Below, in pieces: positions 57,725-64,000 of a DNA stretch of 64,000 nucleotides. Each line of letters starts with the position of its first letter. The stretch's first letter is position 1. The position numbers were made by a program, and so were the translations under genes. Under the pieces are notes generated by a model that saw nothing but the letters and a program-made list of their open reading frames with translations, was not told where the DNA came from and made no database searches. Origin of the DNA: Flavobacteriaceae bacterium (GTDB taxonomy: Bacteria; Bacteroidota; Bacteroidia; Flavobacteriales; Flavobacteriaceae); assembly GCA_949511625.1 (NCBI GenBank), contig CATFEX010000046.1:42651-106650 (forward strand). The letters run 5' to 3'.

Positions 57725-58840
57725 ATGACTATAGGAATTCCACGAGAAATAAAGCCACAAGAAGCACGCGTCGCGATCACTCCATCAGGAGTATTTGAAC
57801 TAGTGCAGCAAAAAATTACTGTTTTAATTGAAGAAAATGCCGGTCTTTTGAGTGGCTTTTCTAATCGTTCCTATCAAAATGCGGGAGCGGAATTAATTCC
57901 AAATGCAAAGTCTTTGTATGAAAAATCTGACACGATCATTAAGGTAAAAGAACCACTCACAGAAGAATATCAATGGATTAAACCCCAGCATACGGTGTTC
58001 ACCTATTTTCATTTTGCATCTAGCCGACAACTCACCGAAGCGATGCTACAAAGCCAAGCCACCTGTATTGCCTATGAAACCATTAAGGTTGGAAATCAAT
58101 TGCCCCTTTTAGTCCCTATGTCTGAAGTAGCGGGGCGCTTGGCAACGCAACAAGGAGCGAAATATTTGGAAAGTCCGCAGGGTGGAGCCGGTATTCTCTT
58201 GGGGGGTGTACCTGGAACGCCTCCCGCAAAAGTTTTGGTTTTAGGAGGTGGAACAGCAGGCACGGAAGCCGCTCGAATAGCAGCAGGTATGGGTGCACAG
58301 GTCACTATACTTGACACCAACTTGGACCGCCTCAGACAGTTGAATGAAATGCTTCCCCCCAACGTTGTAGTGCTCTTTTCCTCCGCCGATCAAATCCACA
58401 AAGAGATTACTCAAAGTCACTTGATTATAGGAACCGTTTTGATTCCAGGGGACAAAGCTCCGAAACTCATCACCAAAAAAATGCTCTCCAAAATGAAAAA
58501 AGGCACTGTGCTAGTGGATGTAGCCATTGATCAAGGGGGGTGTTTTGAAACCAGTGAACCCACCACTCACAAAGACCCCATTCGCATTGTCGAGGGTATT
58601 GTTCATTATGCTGTGACAAACATGCCAGGGGCTGTACCACAAACGGCCACTGCTGCTCTCACCAATACTACGCTTCCTTATATCAAACAAATTGCACGAC
58701 ATGGATGGAAGGAAGCCTGTCGACTTAACCCCCATTTACAAGGGGGATTGAATCTTGTTAAGGGTCAGGTATTAAATAAAGAAATAGCTCATTTGTTTGA
58801 TAAAAAATACACACCTTTACAAGAAATACTACATTTTTGA
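57725..58840 (+). CDS. ald: alanine dehydrogenase
   Basis: 'MTIGIPREIKPQEARVAITPSGV' and the NAD motif 'VLVLGGGTAGTEAA'. ATG at 57725. Confidence 0.95.
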   Translation: MTIGIPREIKPQEARVAITPSGVFELVQQKITVLIEENAGLLSGFSNRSYQNAGAELIPNAKSLYEKSDTIIKVKEPLTEEYQWIKPQHTVFTYFHFASSRQLTEAMLQSQATCIAYETIKVGNQLPLLVPMSEVAGRLATQQGAKYLESPQGGAGILLGGVPGTPPAKVLVLGGGTAGTEAARIAAGMGAQVTILDTNLDRLRQLNEMLPPNVVVLFSSADQIHKEITQSHLIIGTVLIPGDKAPKLITKKMLSKMKKGTVLVDVAIDQGGCFETSEPTTHKDPIRIVEGIVHYAVTNMPGAVPQTATAALTNTTLPYIKQIARHGWKEACRLNPHLQGGLNLVKGQVLNKEIAHLFDKKYTPLQEILHF

Positions 58841-59286
58841 ATTCGGTGAGAAAATATAATTTATTCACTTTTAAAAGCTTGCCCTCCGCATTTTGGGCGG
58901 GTGTACGAGTAATTCACTTGGATGAGGAGAGTTGCACAACCACTGTGAAGCTAAATTGGTTTACAAAGAATCCCTTTAAATCAATGTTTTGGGCTATTCA
59001 AGGTATGGCAGCAGAGCTGGCAACAGGACTTCCTATCACTCTTGAAATTAGAGAGGCAGAACAACCCATTTCAATGCTTGTATTAAACAACAAGGCGAAT
59101 TTTTCTAAAAAAGCACGCGGGCGGATTCATTTCGTCTGCAAGGACCGGGCACGAGTAAAAGAAGCTGTCGCAAAGACTATTGCCACTAACGAATCTCAAA
59201 CCGTTTGGTTAACTTCTGTCGGTACTGACCAAGCGGGTGATGTAGTATCTACCTTTAAATTTGAATGGACATTAAAAGCAAAATAA
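58837..59286 (+). CDS. DUF4442 (hotdog/thioesterase-like) protein
   Basis: 149 aa. The family call is from memory of the 'FWAIQGMAAELATG' region. The start codon is uncertain (TTG 58837 or GTG 58846). Confidence 0.55.
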   Translation: MNSVRKYNLFTFKSLPSAFWAGVRVIHLDEESCTTTVKLNWFTKNPFKSMFWAIQGMAAELATGLPITLEIREAEQPISMLVLNNKANFSKKARGRIHFVCKDRARVKEAVAKTIATNESQTVWLTSVGTDQAGDVVSTFKFEWTLKAK

Positions 59287-59287
59287 T

Positions 59288-60274
59288 ATGTCAGACACTA
59301 CATCTTCCTCTTTTTTTAAAGACATTTCTTTTCCAGTAGTTGCCGCACCGATGTTTCTGATCTCGGGGCCGCAGCTAGTGATCGAGTGTTGTAAAAATGG
59401 TATTGTTGGGACTTTTCCTGCACTTAATCAACGAACGACAGAGGGTTTTGAAGAATGGATTATTGAAATTAAATCTGCTTTGGAACAATTTGAAAAAGAT
59501 ACTGGAAAAAAAGCGGCTCCTTTTGGGGTCAACATTATTGTTCACCCTACTAATCCACGAGTGCAACCCGATTTGGAGGTTTGTATGAAACACAAAGTGC
59601 CCTTAATTATTACCTCTTTGGGTGCTGTATCTGAATTGGTGACTGCTGTACATAGTTATGGCGGTTTGGTCTTTCATGATGTAATCAAAAAACGCCATGC
59701 CGAAAAAGCAGCAGAGGCAGGAGTGGACGGATTGATTTTAGTGGCTGCAGGAGCAGGGGGCCACGCCGGTACCCTTCACCCCTTTGCTTTAATCAATGAG
59801 ATTAAAACTTTTTATGATAAAACGATTTTACTGTCGGGATGCATTAGCACGGGTCGTGATGTTGCGAGTGCCCTTCAAATGGGTGCAGATCTAGCCTATA
59901 TGGGAACCCGTTTTATCAATGTAGAAGAAAGCCAAGCCGATACCGAATACAAAGAGATGATTATTAATAGTAAAGCAGAGGATATCGTATATACAGCCGC
60001 TGTTTCTGGAGTCCATGCCAATTTTTTACGTCCCAGTCTAGAATCTGTTGGCATTACAGAAGAAATGTGGAAAAATTCCAAAAAGATAGATTTCGGATCC
60101 GAGCTCGATGCGGCAAAAGCAGAAGCTAAAGCTTGGAAAACCATTTGGTCAGCGGGACAAGGCGTCACCTCAATTACAGACTCAATTCCCATTGCTTCCT
60201 TGGTGACTCAACTTCGAAAGGAGTTTCACGAAGCCCTTCAACATCAGAAGGATCATTTGGAACGGTATGGTTGA
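59288..60274 (+). CDS. nitronate monooxygenase / NAD(P)H-dependent flavin oxidoreductase (NMO family)
   Basis: 'PVVAAPMFLISGPQLV...NGIVGTFPALN' and 'GGHAG', 328 aa TIM-barrel FMN family. Confidence 0.85.
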   Translation: MSDTTSSSFFKDISFPVVAAPMFLISGPQLVIECCKNGIVGTFPALNQRTTEGFEEWIIEIKSALEQFEKDTGKKAAPFGVNIIVHPTNPRVQPDLEVCMKHKVPLIITSLGAVSELVTAVHSYGGLVFHDVIKKRHAEKAAEAGVDGLILVAAGAGGHAGTLHPFALINEIKTFYDKTILLSGCISTGRDVASALQMGADLAYMGTRFINVEESQADTEYKEMIINSKAEDIVYTAAVSGVHANFLRPSLESVGITEEMWKNSKKIDFGSELDAAKAEAKAWKTIWSAGQGVTSITDSIPIASLVTQLRKEFHEALQHQKDHLERYG

Positions 60275-61579
60275 CTATTTTTTTTCGTTAGTCAGTCGGT
60301 AAATAAGCACAGCCGTTCTCTGAATCAATGCATTAATAGTAGTTAAATCAACCGTCTCTTGTGGTGTATGAGCATCTTCTCCCATGGTTCCCAATCCGTC
60401 TACACCATTGGTATAAGGTGCAACAAATGAAATATCTGCAGCCCCTCTTTTAGAAGGATCATAAGCAGATACGGGGCCTTGTCCCATGGCTTGACTCACT
60501 TCACTTAGTTTTTCTAATATTGCCGCATTCCCCTCAGTAGGTTTCATCGATGGATAGCTATCGACAAACGATATATTGGAATCAGTGAGGGGAAGGCTTT
60601 GCGATACGATTCGCCGCATTTTGTTGCGAGTTCGAATTTTTTGCTCTTCGGTAATGAAACGCAGTCCTCCGTTGACGATAGCTTTTTGTGCGACAACATT
60701 GGATTTTCCAAACACCGTGCCTTCACTTTTCTGCTTATCGAACTCCAAAAAAGTTCCTCCTAGGATAGTCCCTGGATTAAAAGTGAGTAAGTCTTCTCCC
60801 TTAACTTCTTCATAAAACTGATGAAGTATTCGTGATAATTCAAAAATAGCCCCAGCACCAACGTCTTCTCTAAAAACCCCAGAAGAATGCGCACGAACTC
60901 CTTTGCTTTCTATCCGCCAGCTGGATGTCCCTCTTCGTGCAATTGTAGCTTGATTGAAACCAGTTGAATTCTCAAACCCGAGAGCGATATCACTGTTTTT
61001 GCCAGCATCAATCAAAGCTTTTCTTGAAATGCTCAGGGGTTTACCAGTACTTTCCTCGTCACCCGTAAAGGCAACAATAATGTGTTTGTTTTCTAGTAGG
61101 CCAAGCTCATAAAGACTTTTTAGTGCGTATAAGACAATCACATTTCCCCCTTTCATATCATTAGCCCCCGGACCAAAAGCAATGCTGTCTTGTTTAACAA
61201 ATTTTTGAAACGGACTGTTTTCTTCAAATACAGTATCTAAATGACCAATCAAAAGTAATTTTTTCCCTTCAGAGCCCGCTATGGAGGCAAACAGATGGCC
61301 TGCTCGATTCATTTCAGTAGGCATTTCTATCCATTCTGTTTCAAAACCAATGGATTCAAAAGCATTAGAAAATTCCTCTCCAACGGCTCGAACACCCTTT
61401 AGATTGAAAGTCCCACTATTGATATTGACAACTTTTTCAAGAAAATTGATAGCTTCCGTTTCGTAAGTAGCTACTTTATTTAAAATTTGTTTTTCTGTTC
61501 GATTCAATCGTTTTTGTGCTCCTACTTGGAAGGTCATTAATATTCCGAGTAGAAGTAGAAAATATTTTTTTAAGGACAT
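60275..61579 (-). CDS. M20/M25/M40 family metallo-hydrolase (carboxypeptidase G2-like), secreted
   Basis: Signal peptide, 'LLLIGHLDTVF', 'GPGANDMKGG' and 'TGDEESTG' metal-binding motifs. Confidence 0.85.
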   Translation of the reverse strand: MSLKKYFLLLLGILMTFQVGAQKRLNRTEKQILNKVATYETEAINFLEKVVNINSGTFNLKGVRAVGEEFSNAFESIGFETEWIEMPTEMNRAGHLFASIAGSEGKKLLLIGHLDTVFEENSPFQKFVKQDSIAFGPGANDMKGGNVIVLYALKSLYELGLLENKHIIVAFTGDEESTGKPLSISRKALIDAGKNSDIALGFENSTGFNQATIARRGTSSWRIESKGVRAHSSGVFREDVGAGAIFELSRILHQFYEEVKGEDLLTFNPGTILGGTFLEFDKQKSEGTVFGKSNVVAQKAIVNGGLRFITEEQKIRTRNKMRRIVSQSLPLTDSNISFVDSYPSMKPTEGNAAILEKLSEVSQAMGQGPVSAYDPSKRGAADISFVAPYTNGVDGLGTMGEDAHTPQETVDLTTINALIQRTAVLIYRLTNEKK

Positions 61580-61581
61580 GT

Positions 61582-62670
61582 TTAAAGGTCTTTGGTTAGT
61601 GATTGCACAATTTTATTTTCAGCAAAAAATTCTTTTAAAATCACTTTAGACGCTGTATACATTGGAATAGCGATGATCATTCCTACAGCTCCAAACAAGG
61701 AGCCACTAGCCAAAATAACAAAAAAGATCTCTAAGGGGTGAGACTTTACCGAACGTGAAAAAATATAGGGTTGACTAAAGAAATTATCTACCAATTGTCC
61801 AATAGTAAAACCAATAGATACCCCAAGTACGTTGGGAAGTACCTCCGCACTGAAATTCAGTTCTAGATTATTGGTCAGTGTGAGGATAATCATTAAAACA
61901 CCCCCAAAAATGGGCCCCAAGTAGGGAATCAAATTCAATAATGCACAGAGAAAAGCTATGATAAAGGAATTATTGATACCAAATACGGCTAGTACTATTG
62001 TATAAATCACCAATAGAATAGTGATCTGCATTAGCAATCCAATAAAATAACGAGAAAGAAGATTTTTGATTCGTTCAAAGGACTTTTGAATGCGTAAGTG
62101 ATAGGATTCTTTTATAAAAATAAGAACAATTCGTTCCAATAATTCACTGTCTTTGAGCAAGAAAAACGAAATAAATAGAACCGAAAATAAAGCTACAGAA
62201 AATGACCCTAGAAAGTTTAATAATCCATTGAGAAAGTCGGGAACTAAACCCAAGTTGATCGACTGCAGAATATTTTCACTTTCTAAGAGACCTAACCAAA
62301 AGGAATTGTCAACATTAAAATAATCAGACAATTCTTTAGTGAGGTAATTGAGTTTTATTTTCAATGCTTCTACATCTAGCAGTGATAGATTATTGCTTTG
62401 TTCTACTAACAGTGGAAAGAAAAGAGAAAGAATCCCAAACAAAAGACCAATGAAGGTCAACAACGTTATTGTGGCTGCCAGAAGACTGTTACATTTTAAT
62501 TTTTCTTTTAGAAATACGGCGATGGGTCGACCAATCAAACTGATCACGGCAGCGACCAGAAAATAAACTAGTAAACTAGTGAGCGAGTACAGTAAGACAA
62601 GGACCACACCAATAATAAATAGTTTTAAAAGCGCCTGAAGGATTCCGTTGGCAATTGTTTTTGGTTCCAT
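61582..62670 (-). CDS. AI-2E (PerM) family transporter
   Basis: 362 aa, about 8 TM, with the conserved 'IPYLGPIFGG' block. Confidence 0.85.
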   Translation of the reverse strand: MEPKTIANGILQALLKLFIIGVVLVLLYSLTSLLVYFLVAAVISLIGRPIAVFLKEKLKCNSLLAATITLLTFIGLLFGILSLFFPLLVEQSNNLSLLDVEALKIKLNYLTKELSDYFNVDNSFWLGLLESENILQSINLGLVPDFLNGLLNFLGSFSVALFSVLFISFFLLKDSELLERIVLIFIKESYHLRIQKSFERIKNLLSRYFIGLLMQITILLVIYTIVLAVFGINNSFIIAFLCALLNLIPYLGPIFGGVLMIILTLTNNLELNFSAEVLPNVLGVSIGFTIGQLVDNFFSQPYIFSRSVKSHPLEIFFVILASGSLFGAVGMIIAIPMYTASKVILKEFFAENKIVQSLTKDL

Positions 62671-62699
62671 TCGCTAAATATAACGAGATTCTCCCAATC

Positions 62700-63410
62700 C
62701 TAGTTTTTCACTAATGTTGCATTAACTGCAACAGTATGGCAGGCAATAATACCCGCTGTCTCAGTTCGGAATCTTTGTTGACCTAGACTAATAGTTTGTG
62801 CTTGGTTCACCAAGGCCATTTCAATCTCCTCTTTAGTAAAATCTCCTTCCGGGCCAATGAGAATAGTGCTGTGTGGAATAGAATTGGAGTAATTTAATAA
62901 GTTTATTTTTTTCCCCTCTCTACAGTGCGCAATTAGCGACTTGGGATGCTCATTAATAAATTCATTAAAAGGAGTTAGCGGATTCAAGACAGGCCTATAG
63001 ACTTGATGCGATTGTTTGGTAGCACTAAGTATGATTTTGTCTAAACGCTCCCATTTGATTTTTCTTCGCTCTGAATTTTGGCATAGGATTGGAGTGATTG
63101 TAGAGACGCCAATCTCGGTTGCTTTTTCCAAGAACCACTCAAAACGATCATTACTCTTGGTGGGAGCTATGGCTATGTGAATTGTATAAGCAGGCGGTGA
63201 AAATTGTTCGAATTCCAAAAGTGTTACAATGCTCCCTTTCGGATCTAAATAGCTGATTGAACCAGAGGCACGGCCGCCCACTCCATTAAGAATCCCTATA
63301 GTATCTCCAACTTGTTTTCGAAGCACTCGAGACAGGTGTTGACTTTCACTAGGAGACAACCTAATTTCAGGATCCTGAGCGGTGAGTTCGGAATGAAAAA
63401 AGAAATCCAT
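62700..63410 (-). CDS. rsmE: 16S rRNA (uracil1498-N3)-methyltransferase RsmE
   Basis: 'E..HL.RVLRK.VGD.I...NG.G' N-domain and a SPOUT C-domain ('LIGPEGDFT..E'). ATG at 63410. Confidence 0.85.
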   Translation of the reverse strand: MDFFFHSELTAQDPEIRLSPSESQHLSRVLRKQVGDTIGILNGVGGRASGSISYLDPKGSIVTLLEFEQFSPPAYTIHIAIAPTKSNDRFEWFLEKATEIGVSTITPILCQNSERRKIKWERLDKIILSATKQSHQVYRPVLNPLTPFNEFINEHPKSLIAHCREGKKINLLNYSNSIPHSTILIGPEGDFTKEEIEMALVNQAQTISLGQQRFRTETAGIIACHTVAVNATLVKN

Positions 63411-63411
63411 A

Positions 63412-64000
63412 TTAAAAAGATAATCGAGGATTGGCGACTGCGGTGTAATCACTGAATCGTTTTTCCTGTGCCTTCAAGTAGCCCACCATCCCAATCATAG
63501 CAGCATTATCAGTCGTGTATTCAAAGGGGGGTAGGTATACCTTCCAGCGATCTGTTTTTTCCTTTTTTTTCAATTGCTTTCGAATTTCTGAATTGGCTGA
63601 TACTCCTCCACCAAGGACAACAGCAGTAATACCTTTTTGTTCAACAGCCACATTGATTTTCTCAAAAATTGTTTTAACCAAAGCACTTTGAAGGGAAGCG
63701 CATAGATCTACTAAATTATTTTTAATGAAATCAGTTTCTTTTTGTGTATGCAGATTGATGAAATTTAGAAAGGCTGTTTTAATCCCGCTATAACTGACGT
63801 CCAAACCAGACATTTTGGGAATAGGAAATGCAAAAGCCTCGGGATTCCCTTTTTGAGCCAAACGGTCAAGCTGTGGACCTGCGGGGTAGGGAAGGCCCAT
63901 GATTTTTCCACATTTATCAAAGGCTTCTCCGATGGCATCATCTTTGGTTTCTCCGATCACTTCCATATCAAAAGGAGCCTGACAAAGGACTATTTGGGTG
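63412..64000 (-). CDS. tsaD: tRNA N6-adenosine threonylcarbamoyltransferase TsaD, C-terminal part (5' end outside window)
   Basis: 'GETKDDAIGEAFDKCGKIMGLPYPAGP', 'GGGVSAN' and 'LPPFEYTTDNAAMIG'. The frame is open to the window edge. Confidence 0.9.
   Translation of the reverse strand, partial: TQIVLCQAPFDMEVIGETKDDAIGEAFDKCGKIMGLPYPAGPQLDRLAQKGNPEAFAFPIPKMSGLDVSYSGIKTAFLNFINLHTQKETDFIKNNLVDLCASLQSALVKTIFEKINVAVEQKGITAVVLGGGVSANSEIRKQLKKKEKTDRWKVYLPPFEYTTDNAAMIGMVGYLKAQEKRFSDYTAVANPRLSF

Noticed and set aside
1-64000. Search by eye for CRISPR-like spaced repeats, IS/transposase genes, prophage blocks, restriction-modification, toxin-antitoxin or other defence systems, and long direct or inverted repeats.
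   Set aside because: None found. Every gap larger than about 150 bp is accounted for by promoters/terminators, rnpB, tRNAs, the dnaX extension or the PorP/SprF remnant. I cannot exclude short dispersed repeats without a computational self-alignment.

Overview
This is a 64-kb chromosomal segment with the hallmarks of a Bacteroidota genome, probably Flavobacteriia-like. The evidence is TTG/TAnnTTTG-type promoter boxes, a PorP/SprF (type IX secretion) remnant, the DUF3822-rsmD arrangement and roughly 40% GC by eye. It is tightly packed core-genome DNA. Recognisable genes are recN(partial), fabI, coaE, a histidine kinase/response regulator pair, xerD, aroQ, lpd, two msrB, lon, cmk, rpsA, pyrR-pyrB, rnz, pdxH, sixA-ppk1-ppx, miaE, dnaX, rnpB (RNase P RNA), rsmD, a RecD-like helicase, yebC, gcvT, pepP, thrABC, clpC, gyrA, pgpH, tRNA-Ser(GCU), tRNA-Arg(UCU), a BNR/VPS10 protein, msrA, ald, an M20 peptidase, an AI-2E transporter, rsmE and tsaD(partial). 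I saw no CRISPR array, IS element, transposase, prophage, restriction-modification, toxin-antitoxin or other defence/accessory island, so most of the window is ordinary. The most interesting signal is in dnaX. Its reading frame stops 2 codons after an A10-G run containing the E. coli-type heptamer A AAA AAG. The apparently empty ~650 bp downstream is a 215-codon open frame in the -1 register with no ATG/GTG/TTG, and it reads like the tau-specific C-terminus. This is either recoding (ribosomal -1 frameshift or transcriptional slippage, with polarity opposite to E. coli) or a homopolymer sequencing error. Secondary observations are two gene-decay scars (a truncated ECF sigma factor fused to a DUF2807 fragment, and a degraded PorP/SprF gene between two tRNAs), an AT-rich spacer with phased DnaA-box-like repeats, a perfect DnaA box pair upstream of gyrA, and an orphan ORF in the pyrI position. 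All non-ORF coordinates were counted by hand and anchored to neighbouring track ORFs, so they may be off by 1-2 nt.
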